From Acinetobacter phage At2, in the sequence record PQ656108.1: DNA of 64,000 nt, one strand, 5' to 3'. The number at the start of each line of letters is the position of its first letter. The stretch's first letter is position 1. A program made the translations under genes and the position numbers. The notes under the pieces were generated by a model. It saw nothing but the letters and a program-made list of their open reading frames with translations, did not search any database and was not told the DNA's origin. This document shows positions 17,755-27,648 of the stretch, one piece after another.

Positions 17755-17778
17755 GGGAGCTTCGGCTCCCTTCTCATT
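17755..17778 (+). terminator. hairpin terminator-like element
   Basis: GGGAGC-ttcg-GCTCCC followed by TTCTCATT. Confidence 0.45.
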
Positions 17779-17792
17779 CGTAAGGAAATCGT

Positions 17793-18197
17793 ATGCTGTA
17801 CAACGTAACTCAGATATGTAATGGCTATTTGGCTACTCCTTTTAATAGTAACCACTTACGTAATTTTGCATACCCTGATGATTTACATGATGATCACGCT
17901 AGTGGTTGGCCTGAATATTCATTATGGCAATCAGAAGTATATCCGCCCCTGCTAAACACTTTAGCTGATATGGGTATCCCGTTCATCTGGGAGTTTGTAC
18001 TCACAGAGGACTTCTCATATTTTGCGTACAATTTCCCTACGGATGACAAACCAAACAACCTAGTCCATTACAAGACTGGTAAGCGTAAGCGTGCTCCCCA
18101 TCTAACTAAAAAGATGAAAGCAGAGCTTGAAATCATTAACGCAGCTAACACGCTGCTCTACGAATTAGGAATAAAAAATGGCTCGAATAATGCCTGA
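17793..18197 (+). CDS. hypothetical protein (134 aa)
   Basis: ORF between the AAA+ and vWA genes. Confidence 0.45.
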   Translation: MLYNVTQICNGYLATPFNSNHLRNFAYPDDLHDDHASGWPEYSLWQSEVYPPLLNTLADMGIPFIWEFVLTEDFSYFAYNFPTDDKPNNLVHYKTGKRKRAPHLTKKMKAELEIINAANTLLYELGIKNGSNNA

Positions 18198-19401
18198 ACC
18201 TGCTAATGCAGTTGAAGCTTTATCTAAAGCTCGTATTAAACTTATGCGTAAGCCTGACTGTGCGTTCTTCTCCACACTTATCTTACAAAGTCCTGTTTAC
18301 TGGGTTACTAAAGATGAAGTTGATACTGCTGCTACAGATGGTAAAAACATCTTCATCAATCCTGAATTCTTCCTGAGTTTAGATCCAGAAGAACGTATCT
18401 TCATCATGCTCCATGAAATCATGCACAACGTGTATCAACACAGTATTCGCTGTGGTTTCCGTAAGCATGGGACTTGGAACAAAGCAGGTGACTACGTAAT
18501 CAATGATGAATTGATTCAACGTAACTTCAAGATGCCTAAAGGTGGCTTGCATGATGTTGGTTATCGTGATTGGTCTGCCGATGAAGTCTATTTAGACTTA
18601 CTCGACAAAGAAGACAAAGGCGATAGTGGTCAACAAAACCCTTGGCCTGATTTACAACCTCCTACTCCACAAGGTGGCGGTAGTAGTGATGGTGATGGTA
18701 GTGGACAAGGAAACCAACCACAAGGTATTGGTGGCATTCCACAGCCTTCAGAAGAAGAGATTGTGTCTCATAACACTGATCTACTCTCGTCTGCTACACA
18801 GATGTCTAAGATGAAGAATGACAAAGCAGGTACAGTACCAGGCTCTCTGGAACGTACCCTGGAAGATCTTCTACATCCTAAGTTACCTTGGTATGAGATC
18901 TTGTCTAAATTCTTATTCTCTATGAACAAGAATGACTACTCTTGGCGTAGGCCAAACCGTAGGCTACTTCCTATGGGTATCTTAATGCCATCACTCTACA
19001 GTGAAGGTGTTGGTCGTATCGACTTCGCTATTGATACCTCAGGCTCTGTAAGCAATGAAGACTTTAACCGCTTCATGTCAGAGATTGGTTACGTGTTCCA
19101 ACGCTTTAATCCTCAAGAAATTGGGGTAATGCAGTTTGACCATATCCTTCAAGGTAATGATCGTGTATGTACACCTGCAGACTTCTTAAACCTTCAGTTT
19201 AAAGGTGGCGGTGGTACACGTATTGAACCTGTACTTGAAGTATTCAAGTCTAACGAAGCAAAGGCTTTAATCATCCTTACAGATGGTTATCTATCTCAGA
19301 CTCCTGAGATGGATCCTAATAAGCCTGTTGTATGGTGTATTTACGACAATCCACGCTTTAAGCCTGCATTCGGTACCGCAATCCACTTTGATAAGGACTA
19401 A
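18178..19401 (+). CDS. von Willebrand factor A (vWA) domain protein, partner of the MoxR-like ATPase
   Basis: MIDAS DTSGSVS and downstream TDGY; Gly/Gln-rich linker; a metal-chelating HExxH-like segment LHEIMHNVYQH. Confidence 0.7.
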   Translation: MARIMPEPANAVEALSKARIKLMRKPDCAFFSTLILQSPVYWVTKDEVDTAATDGKNIFINPEFFLSLDPEERIFIMLHEIMHNVYQHSIRCGFRKHGTWNKAGDYVINDELIQRNFKMPKGGLHDVGYRDWSADEVYLDLLDKEDKGDSGQQNPWPDLQPPTPQGGGSSDGDGSGQGNQPQGIGGIPQPSEEEIVSHNTDLLSSATQMSKMKNDKAGTVPGSLERTLEDLLHPKLPWYEILSKFLFSMNKNDYSWRRPNRRLLPMGILMPSLYSEGVGRIDFAIDTSGSVSNEDFNRFMSEIGYVFQRFNPQEIGVMQFDHILQGNDRVCTPADFLNLQFKGGGGTRIEPVLEVFKSNEAKALIILTDGYLSQTPEMDPNKPVVWCIYDNPRFKPAFGTAIHFDKD

Positions 19402-19404
19402 ACC

Positions 19405-19602
19405 GTGCCACTCAAATTAGTACTATTTATTGATGGTGAGCCTACCTATGAAGAATACCCCTATCCTTTAGAGGCAGGGGTACAAATCACTGATCCTGAG
19501 GAAGTTTACAGACGTATGTATGCTTACTCTAAAAGTGATAATCCTAATAGAGACACGCCACCATTCACACACGAATACAAAATTTTGTGGAGCGATGTAT
19601 GA
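19405..19602 (+). CDS. hypothetical small protein
   Basis: ORF. Confidence 0.4.
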   Translation: MPLKLVLFIDGEPTYEEYPYPLEAGVQITDPEEVYRRMYAYSKSDNPNRDTPPFTHEYKILWSDV

Positions 19603-19907
19603 CACCAATCAAGGAAATTAAGCCTACCAACATTCAAGCCTTTGATGCTATCTCAGGACAGGTTATCAGCCTGTCTTGGGGTATCAGGCATAACTTACAT
19701 AAGTTTGCTCGTGCTCGTGTGCATGAGCTTCATGTGTTTGATTACGACAAAGTAAGTATCATCCAACACAAACCACCTAAGTTAAAAGGTACCACCAAAC
19801 TCTACGAAAGTAAGTTTGATGTAATCCTTTCCTCAGGTAAAAAGATCAAACATTCGGTATGTGGTATCTCACTAACTAAAGATAATTACGTACCTCACAT
19901 TACTTAA
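19587..19907 (+). CDS. hypothetical protein (106 aa)
   Basis: ORF. Confidence 0.4.
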   Translation: MERCMTPIKEIKPTNIQAFDAISGQVISLSWGIRHNLHKFARARVHELHVFDYDKVSIIQHKPPKLKGTTKLYESKFDVILSSGKKIKHSVCGISLTKDNYVPHIT

Positions 19908-19919
19908 AAGGAGCCTCTC

Positions 19920-20126
19920 ATGGAGACTCATTTAACACATTTGCCTATCAAGGCTTATGAATTGATTAAGGAAGATGGACTGTTAGTTCTACAGACAGTA
20001 GGACACTCAGACACCATCATTATTTATTCAAGTCTCCCTGTAGAGGAGATTGAAAAATTCACCTCACACGTTAAACAACCTTTCACATTAATCAAAGCGG
20101 GCTTAGCCCCACTGGAACTAAAATGA
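19920..20126 (+). CDS. hypothetical small protein
   Basis: ORF. Confidence 0.4.
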   Translation: METHLTHLPIKAYELIKEDGLLVLQTVGHSDTIIIYSSLPVEEIEKFTSHVKQPFTLIKAGLAPLELK

Positions 20127-21346
20127 CTCAATATCTTCAACAACCTGGCATGATCACTATCGCACCTGACTTTACAGGTGTTGCATTAGACAAAGTACCT
20201 GCAGGTTATTACCGCATTGGCTTTAACCGTGAGCATGGTTTCTTCTACTTATCAGAAGTAGAACCTCTACAAGTAGCTGATAAAATCTATGGCAACTTAC
20301 TAGAACATCTTCCACGTATTGAAGCTGCATTTGCTGCAAGCACTGGTAAACCAATTAGTGTAATGCTTGAAGGCCTTAAAGGTTCTGGTAAGTCTTTACT
20401 TATGAAGACCTTGGCTAAACGCTTTGTTGAAAACGAAGACGGTATTGTCTTGATGTGTAATGCACCATTTACTGGCGATGGTTACTTTGAGTTCTTACAA
20501 AAGATCACTCAAAAGAAAATCGTATTAATGGATGAGTTCGACAAAGTCTACAAAGAGAAAGATGATCGTAATAACATCCTAACTTTGTTAGATGGTAACT
20601 TCGCATCTCATACGTTATTCGTATTGACAATGAACCAAGACATCTCATCAGGTGCATTTGAATTCTTCCACAACCGCCCAGGTCGTGTGATGATCAACGT
20701 AAAATTCAAAGGTGTACCTGAAGAAGCTATTCGTGAATACGCTGAAGATCACTTAGATGATCAAGACAAGTTACCTGAGCTTATGCAGTTTGTTAAACGC
20801 TTCACAGACTTCAACATGGATATGTTGAGTAAGTTAGTGGCAGAAGTTAACTACGCTACGGACAAGAATCTTGAACAGATCTCTGAATACCTGAACGTAA
20901 AACCAGACTTAACATTAGATGATGTGTTCTTCAAAGCACGTTACTTACGTAATGGCGTTGACGTAACTAAACACATTCATGGTGACACAACAGACTACGA
21001 AATCAAAAAGATTTTACGTGCTTTGAATAATCCTGCAGAGTCTGAACGTGCTTTAAACCTAATGTTACGTGGTTCACAGTACTGCAATAAGACTACAGGA
21101 CAAGAGTGGGATCGTGTTAAAGATCCTCACGAGACAGACATTATTTCTGGTCAGTTCATTCAAGTAGGTCGTGGTAAACGAGAGTTTATTCAGACTTTTG
21201 ATGAGTACTTGTATGCCTCTGATATTAAAAAGTCTCAAGATCCTAAGTCGGGTGAAATTACTCTTAAGTGTAACTCTGATGAGAACACTAATTGGGTAAT
21301 CACCTTGGTACCAGAAGTACTTAAGCGTTATAAATACGCATTCTAA
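20123..21346 (+). CDS. P-loop ATPase (AAA-like)
   Basis: Walker A GLKGSGKS and Walker B IVLMDEFD. Confidence 0.6.
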   Translation: MTQYLQQPGMITIAPDFTGVALDKVPAGYYRIGFNREHGFFYLSEVEPLQVADKIYGNLLEHLPRIEAAFAASTGKPISVMLEGLKGSGKSLLMKTLAKRFVENEDGIVLMCNAPFTGDGYFEFLQKITQKKIVLMDEFDKVYKEKDDRNNILTLLDGNFASHTLFVLTMNQDISSGAFEFFHNRPGRVMINVKFKGVPEEAIREYAEDHLDDQDKLPELMQFVKRFTDFNMDMLSKLVAEVNYATDKNLEQISEYLNVKPDLTLDDVFFKARYLRNGVDVTKHIHGDTTDYEIKKILRALNNPAESERALNLMLRGSQYCNKTTGQEWDRVKDPHETDIISGQFIQVGRGKREFIQTFDEYLYASDIKKSQDPKSGEITLKCNSDENTNWVITLVPEVLKRYKYAF

Positions 21347-21354
21347 ACACACAA

Positions 21355-21386
21355 ATAGCTAGTCTTCGGACTAGCTATTTTTTATC
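21355..21386 (+). terminator. rho-independent terminator
   Basis: ATAGCTAGTC-ttcg-GACTAGCTAT followed by TTTTT. Confidence 0.7.
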
Positions 21387-21407
21387 AACACTTAGTAGGA
21401 ATCCCTC

Positions 21408-22631
21408 ATGGCAATTACATTAACTGCTGATCAAATGGTAGCGTACAACGCTATGATTACATTACTAACTACTAATCAACAAGAGTTAGTTATCCTAGGT
21501 GGTGCAGGTACAGGTAAGACAACTTTAGTTAATACATTCTTGGCAGAATGGGAAACTCTTACTAATGTGTCTCCTAACCTATTCCCCAAATTAAACTTTG
21601 AACTTACCGCTACAACAAACAAAGCTGCAGATGCTCTAGCTGCTGCTACTGGAAGACCTACACGAACTATTCATAGTGTGCTTGGTTTACGTGTAGTCAG
21701 CCAAGGCTACAATCAGTCTTACTTGGCAGACAACGGTAACATACCCGAGGCAGGCTCTGTATTGATTATTGATGAAAGCTCTTTTATTGATAAAGACTTG
21801 CTCCTCTTAATTCAAACTAAAGCTAGGTATGCTAAGTGTAAAGTTATTTATCTTGGTGATCACTGTCAGCTTAAACCAGTGAACTCAGACACTACTCCTG
21901 TGTTCTCAGCAGGCTTTAAAACCGTAGAATTGAAGCAGATTGTACGACAGGCTGATACTTCACCCATCCAAGCTCTATCACGCAACCTACGTGAATTGGT
22001 GAGCACTGGTACTATGCCTAATGCAGGTGTAGATGGTGTAAACATTCTTCACATGCCACAGGCAGACTTCGAAGAAGCTTTTAAACATGAATGTAAGGTT
22101 AATCCTTCTGTACGTGCACTAACGTGGACTAATAAAGCTGCCAATTACTATAACGAGTTAGCTGCCCTGTCTTTATATGGGGACACTGAATTTAAGGTAG
22201 GTAATTTACTTAACTTAAACAAACAGATATCTTGTCGTGATAAATGGAAGCTTCCTACAGATACCACTATTGAAGTAACATCTGTATCTCCTTGGCATAC
22301 AGACCGTAACGGTATCACGTATCAAACCATTGGTACTACTCATGGAATTGAGCTACGGCATCCTGCCGATTATGGTGATGTAATCGCCATCATTAAAGAA
22401 GCCTATAACAAAGGTAATTTAGAGCAAGCTTACGTCTTGGAAAACAAATACGCTGATTTAAGGCGTATGTACGCATCCACAGTCAACAAAGCACAAGGTA
22501 GTACTTACAGCACAGTATTCATTGATCTAAATGACATTGGTAAATGTCGTGACAGGGATCAGGTAAACCGTATGCTATATGTAGCTGCCAGCCGTGCTAA
22601 AGATAAAATTGTATTCACAGGTGATATATGA
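21408..22631 (+). CDS. SF1 DNA helicase (Dda/RecD-like)
   Basis: Walker A GGAGTGKTT, motif II VLIIDESSF, motif V/VI-like NKAQGSTY. Confidence 0.8.
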   Translation: MAITLTADQMVAYNAMITLLTTNQQELVILGGAGTGKTTLVNTFLAEWETLTNVSPNLFPKLNFELTATTNKAADALAAATGRPTRTIHSVLGLRVVSQGYNQSYLADNGNIPEAGSVLIIDESSFIDKDLLLLIQTKARYAKCKVIYLGDHCQLKPVNSDTTPVFSAGFKTVELKQIVRQADTSPIQALSRNLRELVSTGTMPNAGVDGVNILHMPQADFEEAFKHECKVNPSVRALTWTNKAANYYNELAALSLYGDTEFKVGNLLNLNKQISCRDKWKLPTDTTIEVTSVSPWHTDRNGITYQTIGTTHGIELRHPADYGDVIAIIKEAYNKGNLEQAYVLENKYADLRRMYASTVNKAQGSTYSTVFIDLNDIGKCRDRDQVNRMLYVAASRAKDKIVFTGDI

Positions 22632-23152
22632 CTTCCTACACAATGGGACACGTTATGCACTCCAACAACCGCTTATTACTTCGACTAGAAAGTTATATAT
22701 TTTCTGGTTCAATGGAAGCATGGGAAAAGGTGTGTAACCAGTTCTGTAAACGTCAGGCTGATCTAAATAAAGATCACATTTTGCAGTTTAAGTACGCAGG
22801 TAAGCAGTACAAGTTAAAGGATGATGTTTATGTCCATTATGGTATGAAACAGTTACACCCAGAGCTTTTGCCTGAGTTTGAAGCTTCTTACAACATGTTT
22901 GTTAAGGAGGTTGAAGAAGAGCGCCGCATCTTTACTAACATGCTTTCACACGCCATCCGTATTGCTAAATACGAAGAAGACTTAATTAAACTTCTTCCTC
23001 CAGTTATGCACTCATCAATAACTGAGTCTGGGTTCTTCCAAATGCCTCACAAACCTGAGATGCACCCTGCAGATCAGGAGAAGTTTAGGGAACTCTATGA
23101 GCAATACTTCCACCTTTTTGATGAGAGGAGACTTATCGGTGAAATGTTATGA
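22628..23152 (+). CDS. hypothetical protein (174 aa)
   Basis: ORF whose start and stop overlap the flanking genes. Confidence 0.45.
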   Translation: MTSYTMGHVMHSNNRLLLRLESYIFSGSMEAWEKVCNQFCKRQADLNKDHILQFKYAGKQYKLKDDVYVHYGMKQLHPELLPEFEASYNMFVKEVEEERRIFTNMLSHAIRIAKYEEDLIKLLPPVMHSSITESGFFQMPHKPEMHPADQEKFRELYEQYFHLFDERRLIGEML

Positions 23153-25776
23153 AGACACTTAAGTTTGTTGATGATACACCCAAACCCTTGATTGGTATTC
23201 TGATCAAGGAAACAAGCTTTAAGGAAACCAACCTGATTAAATACTATGTGGAGCCTATGGTAGCCACAGGTATTAAACGTGAAGAAATTGTAGCTTTCAG
23301 CCTTGAGTACACTCAAGGCGGTAAAGCCCCTGCACACTTGATTAAGGATTACATTGACGCATGGTTACAGTCATTCAAAGACGCAGGTGTTAAATACCTG
23401 TTCTGTGCTGACTCTGCCTACTTCAAAGCCTTAACTAAGCAACGTAAAGCAGATGTAAACCTGGGATACGTTTTACCATGTGCAATTCCAGGATTTGAAG
23501 ATATGCAAGTAGTCTACTCGTTAGGCTATGGTGCACTGGTACATAACCCAAACCAACAGGAAAAGATTGATCTGTCTATTGAAGCTGTCTCTACTCACTA
23601 TCATGGTGCGTATGTGGCAATTGGATCAGACATTATTCATGAAGAACGTTATCCCTATTCAATGTCTGCTATTAAAGCAGAGCTTGCTTACCTACATCAG
23701 TTCCCAGAACTAGCTGTGGATATTGAAGCCTTCTCTTTAAACTTAAGAGATGCAGGTTTAGGTACGATAGCTTTTGCTGAATCTAAACATAAAGGTTCAG
23801 CATTCCTCGTGGAATATCAACCAATTGTTCCTGAGGATGGTTACTACGCTGTACGGACAGATGCCCCTAAAGTGAAGAGAATGCTACGGCAATTCTTTGA
23901 ATCTTATAGGGGCAAATTGATCGCACACAACGCTTCGTACGACTTCAAGTGTTTGATTCATTCTTTATGGATGAAACATCCTCTTGATTGGGATGGTATG
24001 TTGCGTGGTTTAGAAGTACTTACCCGTTGCTTTGATGATACCAAGATCATTGCTTACTTGGCTTTAAACAGTACTGCTAAGACTCTGTATGGCCTTAAAG
24101 CTTTAGCCCAACCTTTTGCAGGTAACTGGGCAGAAGATGAAATTAAGGACATTACACGCATACCTCCAGATAAGTTATTACGGTACAACTTAGTAGATGT
24201 ATTATCTACACACTACGTAAAGGAAACCTATTACCCAATCATGGTTGCAGAAGAACAGTTGGATATTTATACCAATCTTATGCTGCCATCTCTGAAAGTA
24301 ATTGTTCAGATTGAATCTCATGGTTTACCTCTAATACCTGAAAGGGTTCAAGAAGTTAAACGTGATCTTCAAGATCGGGTAGATGTTCTTGTGGACATTA
24401 TGGAAACCAATGCTTATGTGTTAGAGGCTACTAACCGTATTCAGGTAGCCACAATGCAAGCTGCTAATGCCAAGCTCAAGAAGAAGGTACATCCTCGTGA
24501 GAAGTTCAATGAACCAATCAACTATAACAGTAATCAGCAACTAGCTATTCTGTTGTATGACGTGATGGAAATGCCTGTCATTGAGTGGACAGACTCAGGT
24601 GAACGTGCAACTGGCGGTGATGTAATTAAAGCTCTCAGGAAGCACACAAAAGACCCTGAGAAGCTTGAAGTAATGGAAGCACTACATAAGTACTCTAAAC
24701 TTGTGAAAGTGCTTACAGGCTTCATACCGACCTTTGAAGACGCATGGGTTAAAGCTGATGGTATGGGCTATCTACATGGTAGCTTTAACATTGGTGGAAC
24801 CAAGTCTGGTAGGCTTAGCTCATCTGATCCTAACTTACAGAACCTGCCTGCAGGTGGTGAATTAGGTAAGTTGATTAAGTCATGCTTTGCAGGGCCTTGG
24901 GGCCATATCTTCTGTGGTGCTGACTTTGCTAGCTTAGAAGATCGTATCTCTGCTTTAACTACCAAAGACCCTAACAAACTGAAAGTTTACACTGACGGTT
25001 ATGATGGTCACTGTCTACGTGCCTATGCATACTTTGGTCATAAGATGCCTGATATTGATCCTAATTCTGTTGAGTCAATTAACAGTATCGAAGAGAAGTA
25101 TCCTAAGGAACGCCAAGACTCTAAAGCTCCTACGTTTGCCCTTACGTATATGGGTACATGGGCTACGCTTGTTAAGAACTGTGGTTTTACAGAAGAAGTA
25201 GCTAAGTCTATTGAAAAGCTATACCACGAACTTTATGAGCACTCAGACAATGTAATTATGAATCGTATTCATGAAGAAGCTGTAAAACTAGGCTATGTAA
25301 AATTAGCCTTTGGATTGAAGCTTCGTACACCATTACTCAAGAAAACCGTATTAGGTAATCGCTACACTACCAGTGAAGCTAAAGCTGAAATGCGTACAGC
25401 AGGTAATGCTATGGGACAATCCTATGGCTTATTAAACAACCGTGCTGTAGTTGAGTTTATGGAAATTGTTTGGAAGTCTAAACATAGGCTTAAGATCATG
25501 CCAGTAGCATTGATTCATGATGCTATTTACTTAGTTATTGAGGATGATTTAGAAGTGATTGAGTTCGCTAATAAACATCTAACTAAATGTATGGAATGGC
25601 AAGACCTAGAAGAGATCTGGCACGATGAAGTTAAACTCGGTGGTGACTTAGATTTGTTCTATCCTCATTGGGGACACGGCATCACCCTACCACGTACTGC
25701 AAACCAAATAGAGCTTGTCACTACAGTTCAGGCTGCAATGGACAAGTATTACGCTAAACTTAAAGAGGCAGCTTAG
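23149..25776 (+). CDS. family A DNA polymerase with 3'-5' exonuclease domain
   Basis: Pol motif A DFASLEDRISAL, motif B RQDSKAPTFALTYMG, motif C LIHDAIYL; N-terminal exo-like DIEAFSL. Confidence 0.85.
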   Translation: MKTLKFVDDTPKPLIGILIKETSFKETNLIKYYVEPMVATGIKREEIVAFSLEYTQGGKAPAHLIKDYIDAWLQSFKDAGVKYLFCADSAYFKALTKQRKADVNLGYVLPCAIPGFEDMQVVYSLGYGALVHNPNQQEKIDLSIEAVSTHYHGAYVAIGSDIIHEERYPYSMSAIKAELAYLHQFPELAVDIEAFSLNLRDAGLGTIAFAESKHKGSAFLVEYQPIVPEDGYYAVRTDAPKVKRMLRQFFESYRGKLIAHNASYDFKCLIHSLWMKHPLDWDGMLRGLEVLTRCFDDTKIIAYLALNSTAKTLYGLKALAQPFAGNWAEDEIKDITRIPPDKLLRYNLVDVLSTHYVKETYYPIMVAEEQLDIYTNLMLPSLKVIVQIESHGLPLIPERVQEVKRDLQDRVDVLVDIMETNAYVLEATNRIQVATMQAANAKLKKKVHPREKFNEPINYNSNQQLAILLYDVMEMPVIEWTDSGERATGGDVIKALRKHTKDPEKLEVMEALHKYSKLVKVLTGFIPTFEDAWVKADGMGYLHGSFNIGGTKSGRLSSSDPNLQNLPAGGELGKLIKSCFAGPWGHIFCGADFASLEDRISALTTKDPNKLKVYTDGYDGHCLRAYAYFGHKMPDIDPNSVESINSIEEKYPKERQDSKAPTFALTYMGTWATLVKNCGFTEEVAKSIEKLYHELYEHSDNVIMNRIHEEAVKLGYVKLAFGLKLRTPLLKKTVLGNRYTTSEAKAEMRTAGNAMGQSYGLLNNRAVVEFMEIVWKSKHRLKIMPVALIHDAIYLVIEDDLEVIEFANKHLTKCMEWQDLEEIWHDEVKLGGDLDLFYPHWGHGITLPRTANQIELVTTVQAAMDKYYAKLKEAA

Positions 25777-25802
25777 GCTGCTTCTATTTTAGGAATGAAA
25801 CC

Positions 25803-26204
25803 ATGAATATTGGTCAAATACTGGAGTCAGGTTATAAACCTGCATACTTTAAGAAGACTCGTATTATTGATTACAAAGTTAGTTCTGAGTATCAAACCCT
25901 TGTGATTGAAACCGCTACGGATGAACGCATACCACTGGCATTAAGCCTAGAGAAACCTGATGAATTAGAGTTTGAAATGGTTGTTACTTTCTCAGAAGAG
26001 ATTGCTCAAGCACTACTGATTACAGGAGTAGCACCACTAGAAAAATGCTATGTTAAGCCTAAGGTCTTCAGACCTTATAATCCTGACTTCAGTGACTTAG
26101 CAGCTAAATTTCAAAGAATGAAGGCTCAAAATGCTATGTATCAGGATAATCTTGGCTCTGGCTCTGGACTTGTAACAGGAATGCTGTCTGCTATGTATAA
26201 ATAA
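25803..26204 (+). CDS. hypothetical protein (133 aa)
   Basis: ORF followed by a bidirectional terminator. Confidence 0.45.
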   Translation: MNIGQILESGYKPAYFKKTRIIDYKVSSEYQTLVIETATDERIPLALSLEKPDELEFEMVVTFSEEIAQALLITGVAPLEKCYVKPKVFRPYNPDFSDLAAKFQRMKAQNAMYQDNLGSGSGLVTGMLSAMYK

Positions 26205-26208
26205 AATA

Positions 26209-26233
26209 GGCTCCCTGCTGGGAGCCTTTTTTT
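26209..26233. terminator. bidirectional rho-independent terminator
   Basis: GGCTCCC-tgct-GGGAGCC with a T-run on the plus strand and an A-run upstream, so it also terminates the minus strand. Confidence 0.65.
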
Positions 26234-26244
26234 GGTGTGTAGTC

Positions 26245-26436
26245 TTAAGGGACTACGGGAGATGTATTAGCTGTAAGCACTACACCTTCACCATCTTTCT
26301 TGTCCTCAGCTACACGAGCCATACCACCATTAAATAGTGGGATAACATCAATCTTGTCTGCCTTCATTTTATCGAAGATAGTTTCAACATTGACCGTAAC
26401 TGCTGTGGTTAAATTACCTTCTGAATCATACGGCAT
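26245..26436 (-). CDS. small protein (63 aa) encoded antisense to the surrounding genes
   Basis: Good RBS AAGGA 8 nt upstream of the minus-strand ATG; terminator immediately downstream. Confidence 0.4.
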   Translation of the reverse strand: MPYDSEGNLTTAVTVNVETIFDKMKADKIDVIPLFNGGMARVAEDKKDGEGVVLTANTSPVVP

Positions 26437-26505
26437 ATTTAATTCCTTAGTTGATTGATTTTAGAAGCCTAGATATTAACACAATTTATTTAAAAGGTAA
26501 CTCAC

Positions 26506-26979
26506 ATGCTCTTATATGATCTGTTGAAACCAAACAAATATGGCACTATGCCTATGTTCGATATATATGGGGTAGGTCATATATTTATGGAAGAAGGTGT
26601 TGCCTACCTTAAATGGAACTATGATAAAGAGTCCTACATTATAGATCCTCAGCAAACAATTGAACAAAGTTACCATACACAAAATATAACAGGCTTCTAT
26701 ATAGAAACTTTTATAAACATGCCTGCGACTACTAGGCAGGGTGATGTAGAACTTAGACTGGTATACCTAAAGGTAGCCACTGCAGAAGAAAGACTTATCA
26801 AAGAAGCGGCTTCTCCAGATGATCCGTATTACTACATGAATAACAATGTGCTGTGGAACATAATCAAACCCCATAAAATACTGGCTAACGGTACTGGATG
26901 GGACTCTTCAGGTAATCCAGTAACATATTATGTTGATGACATACTATATAGGTTGGATTTGCAACAAGAACTTACATAG
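26506..26979 (+). CDS. hypothetical protein (157 aa)
   Basis: ORF. Confidence 0.45.
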   Translation: MLLYDLLKPNKYGTMPMFDIYGVGHIFMEEGVAYLKWNYDKESYIIDPQQTIEQSYHTQNITGFYIETFINMPATTRQGDVELRLVYLKVATAEERLIKEAASPDDPYYYMNNNVLWNIIKPHKILANGTGWDSSGNPVTYYVDDILYRLDLQQELT

Positions 26980-27009
26980 AATACCTCTATTCATATAGGG
27001 GGGCTTTGT

Positions 27010-27315
27010 ATGTACCATGTAGACCCAGATGCAATGTCTTTCATGGTAGCTGTATTAATGTCATGTGTAACGGCATTCGTATCTATCGTAAAGAAAGTTA
27101 TGCGTAAGCGTAAACCACTATCCAAATTGTGGTTATCAAATGAGGTAGCAATGTGTTTACTTGCTTTCTTGTTTGCGTGGGAGATGTACCCACACTTTAA
27201 ACCTGTTTTACCTACATTCATAACTCAAGGTATATTCGTTGCAATATGCGTGCACATGAGTAGTAGATTAATCCAGATCCTTGAAGAAAGAACTATAAGT
27301 TCTTTGTCCAAGTAA
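27010..27315 (+). CDS. membrane protein (101 aa, three hydrophobic segments)
   Basis: Hydrophobic helices. Confidence 0.45.
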   Translation: MYHVDPDAMSFMVAVLMSCVTAFVSIVKKVMRKRKPLSKLWLSNEVAMCLLAFLFAWEMYPHFKPVLPTFITQGIFVAICVHMSSRLIQILEERTISSLSK

Positions 27316-27316
27316 C

Positions 27317-27338
27317 AAACCCCGTAAGGGGTTTTTTA
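27317..27338 (+). terminator. rho-independent terminator
   Basis: AACCCC-gtaa-GGGGTT followed by TTTT. Confidence 0.65.
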
Positions 27339-27351
27339 GTGAGTAAAGACT

Positions 27352-27648
27352 ATGCACAAAATCTCAATAGGTTTATTACGTAACCTACTTAAAAAACGTG
27401 AACAACTTAAACCAATCATTAAGCAGATTATCTTGGCTGATGACTTTATTGTCATTACTAACACTAAAAACAGTTACGCTGTATCAGGTATCACTGAATC
27501 AGAAGCACGTACTGTACACATGTTAGGTTCAGCCATAGGCAGTAATGCTTTAGCAATTAATCAACTTGATCCTAGTACACCACCTGTTGAATACATCAAC
27601 CAGGTAAGTCATTGGGCACACAAAGCTGCAGGGGTAAACCAAGAATGA
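27352..27648 (+). CDS. hypothetical protein (98 aa)
   Basis: ORF. Confidence 0.4.
   Translation: MHKISIGLLRNLLKKREQLKPIIKQIILADDFIVITNTKNSYAVSGITESEARTVHMLGSAIGSNALAINQLDPSTPPVEYINQVSHWAHKAAGVNQE

Noticed and set aside
16511-25201. Short antisense or alternative-frame ORFs (16511-16738, 18626-18814, 21074-21352, 23095-23337, 23528-23713, 24534-24725, 24768-24977, 25001-25201)
   Set aside because: All lie inside confidently assigned enzymes (AAA+, vWA, ATPase, helicase, DNA polymerase) and have no independent signals.
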